Part shown: positions 37,162 to 47,958 of the stretch, piece by piece
Layout: each line of letters begins with the position of its first letter
How positions within the stretch are numbered: the first letter of the stretch is position 1
NCBI GenBank assembly: GCA_033763315.1
Contig: JANRKS010000002.1
Span: 224,001-288,000 of the forward strand
DNA length: 64,000 nt
Reading direction: 5' to 3'
Origin: Deltaproteobacteria bacterium
Lineage (GTDB): Bacteria; Myxococcota_A; Polyangia; Fen-1088
Made by a program: the position numbers and the translations under genes
The notes under the pieces: generated by a model
What the model was told of the DNA's origin: nothing
What the model saw: only the letters and a program-made list of their open reading frames with translations
Database searches by the model: none

Positions 37162-37824
37162 CTATGCCGAAGGTTGCCTCGACGGTGGAATGGCCAAGCC
37201 GCGTTCATCGGCGCCCGGCCTTCGCATGTGTTGATACCAGCGTTGGTACGAGGGGATCGCGAAGCAAATTCCCACCGTCATCACAACCAGTGATGCGCCA
37301 TAGACTGTGTGCTCGAGCAACGCCGCGGCCACGCTTTGCTTGCCGTGGCCCCATGCAGCCACCGCAAAGGACACCGCGGCCCCGCTCCAATACTCTTGCG
37401 GAAAGCCTCCGAACCAGCGCTTGCCCAGCCACCACACCTGGCCGGGTCGAAAGCGGCGCCAGCCGAAGGCCGGGTTAAACAAAAACCAGATCAGATCCCA
37501 CACCATGATCCAGAACAAGAAGCGGGCGATCACCACCGCTTCGGCCTGCATGGTCCACGTTTGCCCGAAGCCAAAGCCCATGTGAAAGCTTGTGAACGTG
37601 AGCGGCAACATAACGGCGTGGTAGCCCGTGAGCGGTTTGCCTGACATCACGAAGCGAAACAGGCGTGCGTACCACGGTGTCACGCGGTACCAGGTGGGCA
37701 AAGCTTCGGCCCAACCGCGAGCGCCCTCGATTTCGATCTCAGCCAACGCGAACAACAAGGCATAGACGAAGAGCAAACCGTGGCGGGGTAGGGCGCTGGG
37801 CAGGGTTGCAATCAACTCGCTCAT
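37162..37824 (-). CDS. Hypothetical integral membrane protein
   Basis: EIEIEGARGWAEALPTW, LTGYH, WFLFNP; several TM helices. Confidence 0.7.
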   Translation of the reverse strand: MSELIATLPSALPRHGLLFVYALLFALAEIEIEGARGWAEALPTWYRVTPWYARLFRFVMSGKPLTGYHAVMLPLTFTSFHMGFGFGQTWTMQAEAVVIARFLFWIMVWDLIWFLFNPAFGWRRFRPGQVWWLGKRWFGGFPQEYWSGAAVSFAVAAWGHGKQSVAAALLEHTVYGASLVVMTVGICFAIPSYQRWYQHMRRPGADERGLAIPPSRQPSA

Positions 37825-37872
37825 CTCGCAATCATGGCGCAACTTTGGTGGCTTAGGCGTTACAATCGCCGC

Positions 37873-38955
37873 ATGCGAATCCTTTACGGAGTTGTGGGTG
37901 AAGGCATGGGGCACGCCATGCGTTCGAGGGTGATCTTGGATGAACTTGTAAAGGATCACACAGTGCAGGTCGTGGTTTCGGGCCGCGCCTACGACTATCT
38001 GCAGAAACGGGCGAGCGAGCACCTTCGGGTAAAGAAGATCTGGGGCTACACCCTGGTCTACGAAGACAACGAAGTGCAGAACTGGAAGACGGTCACGGCG
38101 AACCTCAAAGGGGCGATGAGCGGATGGCCGCAAAATGTTCGCGCCTACTACGACATCGTGAACAAGTTCGAACCCGACGTTGTGATTTCAGACTTCGAGA
38201 CGTGGAGCTATCTGTTCGCGCAGCGGCACAACTTACCGGTGATCTCGGTCGACAACATGCAGATCATCAACCGTTGCACGCATGACGAACAGATTCTGCA
38301 GGGCGTGAAGAACGACTTCGAGCTGACGCGCGCGATCGTGAAGGCGAAAGTTCCAGGCTCGCTTCACTACCACATCACAACGTTCTTCTATCCGCCTGTG
38401 CGCAAAGAGCGCACAACCCTGCATCCTCCGATCTTGCGGCCAGAGATCTTGGCCGCGACGCCGGGCGAAGGCGATCATCTTCTTGTTTATCAAACGAGCA
38501 CCAGCAACACGGGCCTGTTGGACGCGCTCAAAGCCTGCGGCAAAGAATGCAGGATCTATGGCATGCGGCGGGATCTGCAGGAGGAAGTCCGCGAAGGCAA
38601 TCTACGGTTCAAGCCGTTCAGTGAAGCGGGTTTCATTGAGGACTTGCGAACAGCGGCCGGAGTTGTGGCCAGCGCCGGTTTTACCTTGATGGGCGAAGCC
38701 GTTTACCTTCGTCGTCCGATGTTGGCCGTGCCGCTGCAAGGGCAGTTCGAGCAGGTGTTGAACGCCCGCTATCTAGAGCGCGAAGGCTATGGGCAGGAGT
38801 CCGGCCTGGTAGACGGGGCAGCCCTCGCTCGTTTCATCGAACGCCTGCCTGACTTTCGCAAGCGACTCGGCGGTTACCAGCAAGACGGCAACCGTGACCT
38901 GCTCGATGGCTTGAAGCGCAGCCTCGTTGATGCCACGAAGCCGCGCCTTGGCTAG
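37873..38955 (+). CDS. GT-B glycosyltransferase (MJ1255/VC2487-like)
   Basis: MRILYGVVGEGMGHAMRS, DVVISDFE, AGFTLMGEA, GQFEQVLNA. Confidence 0.88.
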   Translation: MRILYGVVGEGMGHAMRSRVILDELVKDHTVQVVVSGRAYDYLQKRASEHLRVKKIWGYTLVYEDNEVQNWKTVTANLKGAMSGWPQNVRAYYDIVNKFEPDVVISDFETWSYLFAQRHNLPVISVDNMQIINRCTHDEQILQGVKNDFELTRAIVKAKVPGSLHYHITTFFYPPVRKERTTLHPPILRPEILAATPGEGDHLLVYQTSTSNTGLLDALKACGKECRIYGMRRDLQEEVREGNLRFKPFSEAGFIEDLRTAAGVVASAGFTLMGEAVYLRRPMLAVPLQGQFEQVLNARYLEREGYGQESGLVDGAALARFIERLPDFRKRLGGYQQDGNRDLLDGLKRSLVDATKPRLG

Positions 38956-39060
38956 TGGTGAGCTATTTCTGGGTGCTTAAGCCCTTCGCCGTTGCGACGA
39001 CAGGGCATTTCCACGCCCGAAACTGTCAAGTTTTGGTAACCCTGCGACGATGTTCGAGGG

Positions 39061-39396
39061 ATGGAGGATGTTGTCCAACCCACAGTGGCATTGGTCGAAG
39101 GGGCCGGCGGAGGGGCGTTGCGTTTGCTGCGGGACGTGCTCATTTCGGACGTGCGCCTCTTTTACGAGGAGCTGTCGATGGCGACGGCTCAGGCCCACGA
39201 TGTGTTCATCGATTGCTCAGACGTCGGATACCTGTGTGGTGCCGCATGGCAAGTTTTGCTGTCGCTCAAAATTGAGCTGCGAGGCCGTTCGGCAGAGTTG
39301 TTGCTGAAGAACCTTTCGCCGAACCTCCAACGAGCTTCGCAGGTGCTCGGGTTGGACGAACAATTCTGCGGGGAAGGGCACGCCGCGCTCTCTTAG
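39061..39396 (+). CDS. STAS-domain protein
   Basis: VFIDCSDVGYLCGAAWQVLLS...VLGL; first gene of the che cluster. Confidence 0.7.
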   Translation: MEDVVQPTVALVEGAGGGALRLLRDVLISDVRLFYEELSMATAQAHDVFIDCSDVGYLCGAAWQVLLSLKIELRGRSAELLLKNLSPNLQRASQVLGLDEQFCGEGHAALS

Positions 39397-39415
39397 GCAG
39401 CGCGTGAGAACTAAA

Positions 39416-39781
39416 ATGGCACGGACGATATTGATCGTTGATGACTCTGCATCGATGCGCGATCTGTTGCGCCACACTTTGACCCAAAGCGGATTTGATG
39501 TGATTGAAGCCGAAAATGGCTCAGAAGCTTTGGCGCGTCTGCAACGATCGCGCTGCGATCTTGTGATCACCGACCTAAATATGCCTTTGATGGATGGTCT
39601 CTCACTGATCAAAGCCGTTCGTGCTCTGGCTGCTTATAAGACCACGCCGCTCTTGCTTCTCACGACCGAAACCGCAGAGGCAAAGAAGGCGGCGGCGCGC
39701 GCTGCGGGGGCTTCTGGCTGGATCGTCAAACCGTTTGATCCAACTTCGCTCATGAAGACTGTGGGTAAAGTGCTGCCGTGA
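39416..39781 (+). CDS. cheY: CheY-like response regulator
   Basis: ILIVDDS, ITDLNMP, LTTE, GWIVKPF. Confidence 0.9.
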   Translation: MARTILIVDDSASMRDLLRHTLTQSGFDVIEAENGSEALARLQRSRCDLVITDLNMPLMDGLSLIKAVRALAAYKTTPLLLLTTETAEAKKAAARAAGASGWIVKPFDPTSLMKTVGKVLP

Positions 39782-41808
39782 GCGCGATCGACGACGAAGC
39801 GCCTTACGCGCGCTTTCTGCGCCTGTTTCTCGAGGAATGTGCTGAGTACGTTTCGGTGCTTGAAACGGGTTTGCTGGAACTCGAGCGAACGCCGGGGGAT
39901 CGGGAAACTTTGGACGCCGTCTTTCGTGCTGCACATTCGATGAAAGGTGGCGGCGCGGCTTTGGGCCTAGCTGAACTGTCTGAATTCACGCACGTCATGG
40001 AAAACGTGCTCGACGAAATGCGTGAAGGCCGCTTGTTGGCTGATGGCAAAGTTATTAGCGCCCTGTTGCAAGCGGTCGATGGGGTTAAAGCTTTGTTGGC
40101 GGCGGCTCAGGGGGGCGCGCCCGCTGATGCGGAGTTTCTCGCGGACATTGCAGCACGGCTAACGGGTGTGCGGCGGCCAACGACCGCGCCTTTGGCCGGC
40201 GTCGCGGAAGCACCCAACGCAACCGTCGATGCGGACGTGCGAACCTACATCGTTGAATTCGCCCCCGACGCTGGCCTTTTCCGCGCTGGCTTAGACAGCC
40301 TGCTTTTGCTGCGAGACCTGGCCGGCGAGGCGATCACTTATGACGTGCAGATAAACACTGACGCCGTTCCGCCGTTGTCAAAGCTCGATCCTGAGTCCTG
40401 CTACTGCTCTTGGGCGGTGAAACTAGAGACCACAGCCACGATCGAGCAGCTGGTCGATGTGTTCGCGTTCGCCGGCGGTGACACGGTGGCCCGGGTTCGG
40501 TTGGAATCTGCGACGGTCGCCGCGCCGGCCGCGATTCTGGCCCGTCCGGAGACGGTCCGGGCACCAGCTGAGCCTGCTGTCACGAAGGCGTCTTCCATTC
40601 GCGTGGCGACCCAGAAGCTGGACGGCCTGATCGACGTCGTGGGTGAGTTGATCATTGCGCAGGCCATGCTGAAAGATGTGGTGGCAAAAGCGGCGCACGA
40701 AACATCCACAGCGCTGCAGCAAGCGGTGCGCGAAATCGAACGCAGCACCCGAGATCTTCAAGAGCGGGTGATGGGTGTGCGCATGTTGCCCGTGAACACC
40801 GTATTTAGCCGCTTTCCGCGCATGGTCCGCGATTTGGCGATCGCGCTGGGCAAGGAAGTGGACTTCGTCATGGAAGGTGGCGACATCGAACTCGACAAGA
40901 CAGTCATTGATTTGATCGGCGATCCACTCACACATCTGCTTCGCAACGCGCTTGACCATGGCATCGAGGCGCCCGCGGCACGTGTGGCCGCAGGTAAGCC
41001 GGCGAAGGCAACGCTGACCTTGAAGGCGTACCATGACGGCGGCTCTGTGGTGGTGTCTGTGCAGGACGATGGCCGCGGGCTGGATCTGGACCGCATTCGT
41101 GCCAAGGCCCTCTCGCGCGGTTTGGTCGAGGAGGGGCAACCTCTGACCCAAGCCGAAATCACTGACCTAATCTTCGCGCCTGGGTTCTCGACCGCCGAAA
41201 CCGTGAGCGACGTCTCAGGCCGTGGCGTGGGTATGGATGTGGTCAAGCGCAGCGTGCAAGCGTTGAACGGATCTCTAGGCGTGGATTCGGATGCAGGGAA
41301 AGGGGCGTGCTTCTTCGTCATCCTGCCCCTGACACTGGCCATCTTGGATGGGCTTGCTGTTCACGTTGGCCAGCAGGTCTACATTCTGCCGCTGCTCTCC
41401 GTTGTGCAGTCCTTCCGCCCGAGCAGAAACGACACCCACAACGTTCTTGGGCAAGATGATCTCGTGTCGGCGTTTGGTCAGACTTTGCCGCTGGTGAGGC
41501 TTGGCCATTTGTTCGCGGTGCCAGAATACAAGGACAACCCGTGTGACGGTCTGGTGATTGTGGTGGAACACGCGGGCCACCAATTCGCTTTGTTGGTGGA
41601 TGGGGTACGTGGCCGCAGCCAAGTGGTCATGAAAAGTCTGGAGGTCAACTTCAAGCGCGTTGCAGGCACCATGGGCGCCACCATCTTGGGGGACGGTCAC
41701 GTGGCCCTAATCCTGGACGTCAAAGGGCTGAGCCGACTGGCGCGCTTGCCATCGGCGCTTCATCGCACAAATGCCGGGGCGAACCCGAGAGGAGCGGCCC
41801 TTGCGTAA
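39778..41808 (+). CDS. cheA: Chemotaxis histidine kinase CheA
   Basis: FRAAHSMKG Hpt, HLLRNALDHG, SGRGVGMDVV, CheW-like C-terminus. Confidence 0.96.
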   Translation: MSAIDDEAPYARFLRLFLEECAEYVSVLETGLLELERTPGDRETLDAVFRAAHSMKGGGAALGLAELSEFTHVMENVLDEMREGRLLADGKVISALLQAVDGVKALLAAAQGGAPADAEFLADIAARLTGVRRPTTAPLAGVAEAPNATVDADVRTYIVEFAPDAGLFRAGLDSLLLLRDLAGEAITYDVQINTDAVPPLSKLDPESCYCSWAVKLETTATIEQLVDVFAFAGGDTVARVRLESATVAAPAAILARPETVRAPAEPAVTKASSIRVATQKLDGLIDVVGELIIAQAMLKDVVAKAAHETSTALQQAVREIERSTRDLQERVMGVRMLPVNTVFSRFPRMVRDLAIALGKEVDFVMEGGDIELDKTVIDLIGDPLTHLLRNALDHGIEAPAARVAAGKPAKATLTLKAYHDGGSVVVSVQDDGRGLDLDRIRAKALSRGLVEEGQPLTQAEITDLIFAPGFSTAETVSDVSGRGVGMDVVKRSVQALNGSLGVDSDAGKGACFFVILPLTLAILDGLAVHVGQQVYILPLLSVVQSFRPSRNDTHNVLGQDDLVSAFGQTLPLVRLGHLFAVPEYKDNPCDGLVIVVEHAGHQFALLVDGVRGRSQVVMKSLEVNFKRVAGTMGATILGDGHVALILDVKGLSRLARLPSALHRTNAGANPRGAALA

Positions 41809-42841
41809 GATTCGCGTTCTCGTGATCGACGACTCAGCCATGTTTCGCGAGATGCTCAGCGCTCTTTTGCGAACGGAGCCGCAGATTGAGGTGGTGGGAA
41901 CCGCGCCGGATCCGGTTGCGGCTTGGGCGATGATCAAGCAACTGGCGCCCGATGTTCTGACCTTGGACGTTGAAATGCCCCGCATGGATGGCCTGACCTT
42001 TCTTCAGAACCTTATGACCCATCATCCGCTTCCCGTGGTGATGGTATCTGCGCTCACAGAAAGGGGGTGCCAGGCTACGTTGCGGGCTTTGGAATTGGGT
42101 GCGATTGACGTTGTGACCAAACCGAAGGTTGACGTTCGCGCCGGCATGGCCGAAGCCGCGGTTGAACTGATCGATAAGGTTCGGATCGCTGCGCAATCAA
42201 GGGTGCTTGTGCGAAAACAGGTGGCGCCCCCACCGTCAAAGGTCGCATCAACCTGGTTAGGGCGCACCACGTATAAAATCATCGCCGTGGGCGCTTCCAC
42301 GGGCGGTACGGAAGCTTTGACGACGTTCTTAAGTGCGCTGCCAGCCGACGCGCCCGGTGTGGTGGTTGTGCAGCATATGCCCAGCCGCTTCACAAAGTCG
42401 TTTGCCGAGCGCCTTGACCGCTTGTGCCAAATTCGCGTCGCAGAAGCCGCTGACGGCGATCGCGTGTTGACAGGTCAAGCGCTCATCGCGCCGGGTGGTT
42501 TTCACATGACCGTGGGCCGTTCAGGCGCCGACTACTTGGTGCGTGTGAATCAGCAGCCACAAGTCAACGGACATCGCCCCTCTGTCGATGTGTTGTTTGA
42601 TTCGTGTGCTGAGTATGTGGGGCGCAACGCGGTGGGTGTGATCATGACGGGCATGGGCGCGGATGGAGCGCGGGGTTTACTGAAGATGCGTAAAGGCGGC
42701 GCAAAAACGTTCGCTCAGAACGAGGCGACATGTGTGGTTTACGGCATGCCGCGCGAGGCGGTGGAGCGCGGCGCGGTTGATGAGGTGCTTCCGCTTGACC
42801 AGTTGTCGGCCGCCGCACTTTCGGCCGTTGATGCGAACTAA
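41801..42841 (+). CDS. cheB: Methylesterase CheB
   Basis: Receiver domain plus GASTGG, VQHMP, RPSVD, TGMGADG. Confidence 0.96.
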   Translation: MRKIRVLVIDDSAMFREMLSALLRTEPQIEVVGTAPDPVAAWAMIKQLAPDVLTLDVEMPRMDGLTFLQNLMTHHPLPVVMVSALTERGCQATLRALELGAIDVVTKPKVDVRAGMAEAAVELIDKVRIAAQSRVLVRKQVAPPPSKVASTWLGRTTYKIIAVGASTGGTEALTTFLSALPADAPGVVVVQHMPSRFTKSFAERLDRLCQIRVAEAADGDRVLTGQALIAPGGFHMTVGRSGADYLVRVNQQPQVNGHRPSVDVLFDSCAEYVGRNAVGVIMTGMGADGARGLLKMRKGGAKTFAQNEATCVVYGMPREAVERGAVDEVLPLDQLSAAALSAVDAN

Positions 42842-42850
42842 AGGACGAAG

Positions 42851-43357
42851 ATGAACGCCACACAGACGCATTTTTCAAAGGGCCTTCAAGCGACGCGTTC
42901 GCAGCTGCTCACGTTCCGTTTGGGAACAGAGGAGTACGCGATCGACGTATTGAAGGTGCAGGAGATCAAGGGCTTCTCCCACATCACGCAATTGCCGAAT
43001 GTGCCTGACCACATCAAAGGTGTGATGAACCTGCGTGGCACCGTCATCCCCGTCATCGACCTGAGATTGAAGTTCGGCCTGCCTGCGGCACCCTACGACA
43101 GGTTCACGCTGATCGTGGTGATCAACGTGGCTGGCAAGACTGTGGGTTTTGTTGTGGATGCGGTGAATGCCGTTGTGTCGATTCCCACGAGTGAGATCTC
43201 AGCCCCACCGGATCTCGCATCAAGCCTGGGTGAGCAAATGATTTCAGCGATGGCGCACATCAAAGACCGTTTGGTGCTGCTGTTGAACATCGAAACCGTG
43301 GTTTCAGAGTTGGCGTCAGCCGTGGCCCTCCCAGAGATTGCACTGCAAGGCAGTTAA
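42851..43357 (+). CDS. cheW: CheW
   Basis: LTFRLGTEEYAIDVLKVQEI, GVMNLRG. Confidence 0.93.
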   Translation: MNATQTHFSKGLQATRSQLLTFRLGTEEYAIDVLKVQEIKGFSHITQLPNVPDHIKGVMNLRGTVIPVIDLRLKFGLPAAPYDRFTLIVVINVAGKTVGFVVDAVNAVVSIPTSEISAPPDLASSLGEQMISAMAHIKDRLVLLLNIETVVSELASAVALPEIALQGS

Positions 43358-43366
43358 GGAAACGTC

Positions 43367-45139
43367 ATGTTGAACAAGTTGAAGATTCGCACGAAATTAA
43401 TGCTCTTGCTCGGGGGCTTCGGCCTGGCTTTCGTCGGGCTTGGTGTTGCGGTGGTGAGGACGATCAGTGACGTGCAAGTGGGCGGCGACACATACCGCGA
43501 GATCACGCAATACAAAGACTTGGTGGCGGATATTCTTCCGCCTCCAATGTATGTCATCGAGGCCTACCTGGAGAGCCAACTGCTGGCCAAAGGCCTCGAA
43601 GGGCCGGCTTTTGACAGAAGCGTGAACAAGGTTGCCGAGCTGCATGCCTCCTACAACGACCGGCACGCCTTTTGGTCAAGCCATTTGGATGCCGGGGACC
43701 TGAAAAGCACATTCCTGCAGCAGGCGCACGAGCCAGCGATGCGCGTGTTTTCCCTAATCGAGTCCCAGCTGGTTCCGGCGTGCCGTCGGCACGACACGCC
43801 CGAGATCGCCAAGGCGCTGGCTGAGGTTTCTCAGGCATACGAGGCGCACAGGCAGGTCGTGGATCGTGTGGTGGTGATGGCCAATGCCGCCTATACACAA
43901 GTGGAAACAAGGTCCATGGCTTTTGTGTCTCAGAGGCATAACACGTTGCTGATGGCGTCGATCACCGTTCTCGTCGTTTTGATCGTGGCCGGTACATTGG
44001 TGGGCCGTTCCATCATGAGGCCCCTTGATGAGACGTTGCGCTTGATCAAAGAAGTTGCCGAGGGCGACGGCGATTTAACCAAGCGCTTGTCCGAAGAGGG
44101 CAACGATGAATTGTCGATGTTGTCAGCGTCCTTCAATGGCTTCATGGATCAGCTGCACGACATCATGTCGGATGTAAAGAATTCCGCCGCGTCGCTGTCC
44201 TCCGCGGCCCAGCGCGTGTCGTCGAGTGCTGAACAAATTTCAGGTGGCGCTCAAGAGCAGGCCTCAAGCCTCGAAGAAACGGCGGCGAGCCTCGAGCAAA
44301 TCACCTCAACCGTTAAACAAAACTCAGACAACGCGCAACAGGCCGCGCAGCTGGCCAGCAGCTCGCGAAACGTCGCCGAACAGGGCGGCGTTGTGGTTAG
44401 CCAGGCCGTCTCGGCCATGGGCGAGATCAACAGAGCTTCTAAAAAGATTGCGGAGATCATTACAACGATCGACGAGATCGCCTTCCAAACCAACGTTCTT
44501 GCCCTGAACGCAGCGGTTGAAGCGGCACGCGCAGGGGAGCAGGGGCGCGGTTTTGCCGTTGTTGCCACCGAGGTGGGCAATCTTTCACAACGATCGGCAG
44601 CTGCGGCCAAGGAGATCAAGGCGCTCATCAACGACGCCGTTCGTCTGGTGGACGATGGGGCAGGGTTGGTGAACCGCTCGGGCCAAACGCTCACAGACAT
44701 CGTGGTGTCGGTCAAACGTGTCACAGACATCGTTGGCGAAATCGCGGCTGCCTCGAAAGAACAGACCGCGGGTGTTGAGCAAGTCAACCTGGCTGTGACC
44801 CAGATGGATTCGGTCACGCAGACCAACGCCGCCGAAACTGAGGCTTTGGCCGAGACCGCCGCGGGCCTGTCAAGACGTGCCAGCGAAATGCAGATGTTGG
44901 TGAACCGCTTCAAAGTGATGGAGTCAAGCCAGGCGCCAACGGTTTCGATGGATCCACCCAAGCAGCGGGTCGATCGTTCAGCACGTCGCAGACGCGCGCC
45001 ACTCGTGAGTCACGCCAGTGCACACAGCCGTAAGCGTATGGAGGCGCCCTTCGACGACGCGGGCATATCGGCCATGGACAGGCTTATGAATGGCGGTGGC
45101 GGCGACTCTCCCACGGCTGACGGGTTCGAGGAAGTGTAG
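43367..45139 (+). CDS. Methyl-accepting chemotaxis protein
   Basis: Two TMs, [11 protein letters not shown] sensor, [34 protein letters not shown]; C-terminal GFEEV pentapeptide-like tail. Confidence 0.95.
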   Translation: MLNKLKIRTKLMLLLGGFGLAFVGLGVAVVRTISDVQVGGDTYREITQYKDLVADILPPPMYVIEAYLESQLLAKGLEGPAFDRSVNKVAELHASYNDRHAFWSSHLDAGDLKSTFLQQAHEPAMRVFSLIESQLVPACRRHDTPEIAKALAEVSQAYEAHRQVVDRVVVMANAAYTQVETRSMAFVSQRHNTLLMASITVLVVLIVAGTLVGRSIMRPLDETLRLIKEVAEGDGDLTKRLSEEGNDELSMLSASFNGFMDQLHDIMSDVKNSAASLSSAAQRVSSSAEQISGGAQEQASSLEETAASLEQITSTVKQNSDNAQQAAQLASSSRNVAEQGGVVVSQAVSAMGEINRASKKIAEIITTIDEIAFQTNVLALNAAVEAARAGEQGRGFAVVATEVGNLSQRSAAAAKEIKALINDAVRLVDDGAGLVNRSGQTLTDIVVSVKRVTDIVGEIAAASKEQTAGVEQVNLAVTQMDSVTQTNAAETEALAETAAGLSRRASEMQMLVNRFKVMESSQAPTVSMDPPKQRVDRSARRRRAPLVSHASAHSRKRMEAPFDDAGISAMDRLMNGGGGDSPTADGFEEV

Positions 45140-45177
45140 GCCTTCTCTTGCGAGGGTCTTCGCCAGAGATTCGTCCT

Positions 45178-46623
45178 ATGCCCGAGGCATCACATCTGCC
45201 GGACGAATTCAAAACGTTAGGTGACCGGCAGTTTAACGCGCTTAGAGACATTATATACAAGACGACGGGCATTCATCTAAGTGATGCCAAGCGAAGCCTT
45301 GTGGCTTCGAGGCTGTCGCGTCGCTTGCGTGCGCTGAGACTCACGGAGTTCAGTGCCTACGTTGATCTCCTTGGCGAGATCTCGCCTGATCATTCCGAAT
45401 GGCGCGATCTCATCAATGCGATCACAACCAACAAGACCGATTTTTTTCGCGAGAGCCACCACTTCGATTTTCTAAAGGCGGAGGTTCTTCCCCAGCTGAG
45501 GCAGCGCGCGCTCAGAACGGGTGAGCGTGACATCCGCATTTGGTGTGCCGCTTCATCGACGGGTGAAGAGCCCTACACGATTGCGATCACCGTGAAGGAA
45601 GCAGGCCTGTTGTTAAGTGGCCTCAATGTGAGGATCATCGCGTCCGACATCGATACCAACGTTTTGGACCACGCGCGCGCTGGTATTTACGATGAAACGC
45701 GCATGAGCGGGATCTCCGACGCGCTACGTGCGCGCTACTTCCTTCGTGGCACCGGTCAATCGGCCGGCAAGTGGAAGGTGAAGCCCGAGCTGCAGAGCAT
45801 GATCGACTTTCGCCGCGTGAACCTCGTGGACGACAATTGGCCCATTGATTCTTGCTTCGACATCATCTTTTGTCGCAACGTCGTTATCTATTTCGATAAA
45901 CCAACGCAAAAGCGCTTGTTCGATAGGTTCGCCGATCGTTTGGTGACGGGAGGGCATCTGTTCGTCGGCCACTCCGAAAGCCTGCTGGGGTTAACCAACC
46001 GATTCGCCCCTATCAAAGGCACGGTGCACAGGTGCTTGCAGGGCAACGAGGCATCTTCGCGTAAACAATCAGCCACGGTGATGCCGAAACGACGTCGCAT
46101 CGTCGTGGGCGACGTGTTCGCCTCGCACGAACCAACGCTGGTGAGCACGGTTTTGGGATCGTGTGTTGCCGCTTGTTTGTACGATCCGCACGCGCGGCTG
46201 GGCGGCATGAACCACTTCCTTCTGCCAGCGACGCTGGATGAAGGCCCTGTGGCCACCCGCTTCGGCGTGCACGCCATGGAGCGCCTCATCAACGATCTGC
46301 TCAATCTTGGCGCCAATCGTAAGCGACTCAAGGCGAAGGTTTTCGGGGCGTGCCGTGTGCTCGCCGGAGGAGCGGGTGGTGTGCAACTGCGCAACGCGGA
46401 GTTCATCCGCAGCTTCCTGAAAAAGGAGGGCATACCGATCGAGGCTGAACGCTTAGGCACGGAACGACCTTTGGAAGTGCAGTTCCGCACCGACACTGGC
46501 CAGGCCTTCATCAAGCCGCTGGCGCCATCCACTCAGCAAAGCATCGCCTTGGCCGAGTCTCAGGCGCGCGAGCGCTTTGCCGAGATAGTGGCACCCCGCG
46601 CAGGCGAAACCACTTTGTTCTAA
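45178..46623 (+). CDS. CheR methyltransferase-CheD deamidase fusion
   Basis: TTNKTDFFRE, WCAASSTGEEPY, CRNVVIYF, GHSE, then TVLGSCVAAC...GGMNHFLLP, in one ORF. Confidence 0.9.
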   Translation: MPEASHLPDEFKTLGDRQFNALRDIIYKTTGIHLSDAKRSLVASRLSRRLRALRLTEFSAYVDLLGEISPDHSEWRDLINAITTNKTDFFRESHHFDFLKAEVLPQLRQRALRTGERDIRIWCAASSTGEEPYTIAITVKEAGLLLSGLNVRIIASDIDTNVLDHARAGIYDETRMSGISDALRARYFLRGTGQSAGKWKVKPELQSMIDFRRVNLVDDNWPIDSCFDIIFCRNVVIYFDKPTQKRLFDRFADRLVTGGHLFVGHSESLLGLTNRFAPIKGTVHRCLQGNEASSRKQSATVMPKRRRIVVGDVFASHEPTLVSTVLGSCVAACLYDPHARLGGMNHFLLPATLDEGPVATRFGVHAMERLINDLLNLGANRKRLKAKVFGACRVLAGGAGGVQLRNAEFIRSFLKKEGIPIEAERLGTERPLEVQFRTDTGQAFIKPLAPSTQQSIALAESQARERFAEIVAPRAGETTLF

Positions 46624-46708
46624 GACCGCAGGCACCGAAGCGGTGCACTTGGGGTTTGGGCCCGGACGGCTAGAAGGGGACAGCGGCCTGCCCACGATTT
46701 CGCTCTAG

Positions 46709-46791
46709 TGCCGGAGGAGAGACTCGAACTCTCAAACCCGTGAAGGTGGTGGATTTTGAATCCACTGCGTATACCATTTCGCCACCCCGGC
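46709..46791 (-). tRNA. tRNA-Leu (CAA)
   Basis: GCCGGGGTGGCGAAATGGTATACGCAGTGGATTCAAAATCCACC...GAGAGTTCGAGTCTCTCCTCCGGCA; long variable arm. Confidence 0.95.
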
Positions 46792-46856
46792 AGTGAAAAG
46801 GGATGCGAATGTAGCCTGAAATTTTGGCGACGTCGAGAGGGGAGACGTAAGAATTT

Positions 46857-47951
46857 TTAGGTGGTGGGTGGAAGCAGGGCGCTGCCTGCTGTGGGTGCGC
46901 GGCTGAGAAAGTGCAACAGCCTTTCCACGAGGCCCGCAAACGCCACTTCCAGTTCGGCGGCCGTCTCGACCGGGCGGCTCAAACTGCCGCCCGCCATGGT
47001 TCCATGGCCTCCGGCGGCGCCCTCGGTTCCGATGATTTTGCGGATGAGGCCACCCGCACGGGTGTCATCCACTTCCGTGCGCAGCGACACGTAAACCTTG
47101 CCCTTGTAGCGCCCCACGCAAACGGCAAAGCGCGCACCATCGAAGGTCAACAACAGGTCAGCGATCTCGGCCACCAGGTCTGGATAGAACAACTCGTCTA
47201 AGTTTGCGGCCACCACGTCGCCGTAGACTTGCGCCGACCTCACCGCTCGATCCAACGCCATGAAATGCTGCTTGGGCACCTTGGGATGGCACACACGGTA
47301 AAGGCGGTCGTGGTCGACGAGCGACACCAAGTGCAGGTATGCCGCCCGTTCCGCGTCGCTCGCCTCGCGACCCAGATCGCGCGTTTCGGTTTTCACCGCA
47401 TAAAACAGCGCCGTGGCCAGATTCACATCCAACGGAATCGCGCGCTCACGCAGGTACTGCAGGATGATGGTGGACGTGGCGCCCATGTCCGAGCGGATGT
47501 CGCACCAAGGGCTGCGTTCGGTGCCGCGAAACGGATGGTGATCGACGATCACATCGACGGCGCGATCAGAGGGCAAACTGTTGTTGCCCGTGCCTGGCTG
47601 GCTGTCGACGATGGCCAACGCGTCGAAGGTTTGCGGATCTAGTTCGTGCAACGGCACAAGGGGAATACGCAGCTCTTCCACCATGGCGCGGTTCTCCGCA
47701 CGGCCCACAATCCCCGCCAGAACCAGAGTGACCTTGGCGCCCAATTCTGCCTCAAGGAGTTTCGCCAAGCCCCAGGCCGCCGCCATTGAGTCGGGATCGG
47801 GGTTGTCGTGCATATACACGCCAATCGAACGGCGGCCCGCCAAAGTTGCAAGCGCTCGTGTGAGATCGAAATCGTGAGCCGCCTGTTCCTCGGACGCCAA
47901 GTGCAAGGGCACCTGGATCTCAGACGTCACGTCGTTGTCGGTGAGAGCCAT
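46857..47951 (-). CDS. DHH-family phosphoesterase (NrnA-like)
   Basis: HDNPDPDS, IVDHH, GATSTI, AGGHGTMAGG. Confidence 0.88.
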   Translation of the reverse strand: MALTDNDVTSEIQVPLHLASEEQAAHDFDLTRALATLAGRRSIGVYMHDNPDPDSMAAAWGLAKLLEAELGAKVTLVLAGIVGRAENRAMVEELRIPLVPLHELDPQTFDALAIVDSQPGTGNNSLPSDRAVDVIVDHHPFRGTERSPWCDIRSDMGATSTIILQYLRERAIPLDVNLATALFYAVKTETRDLGREASDAERAAYLHLVSLVDHDRLYRVCHPKVPKQHFMALDRAVRSAQVYGDVVAANLDELFYPDLVAEIADLLLTFDGARFAVCVGRYKGKVYVSLRTEVDDTRAGGLIRKIIGTEGAAGGHGTMAGGSLSRPVETAAELEVAFAGLVERLLHFLSRAPTAGSALLPPTT

Positions 47952-47958
47952 GGCGTTG

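Noticed and set aside
46624-46708. att site or integrase at tRNA-Leu
   Set aside because: No integrase adjacent and no duplicate of the tRNA 3' end noticed
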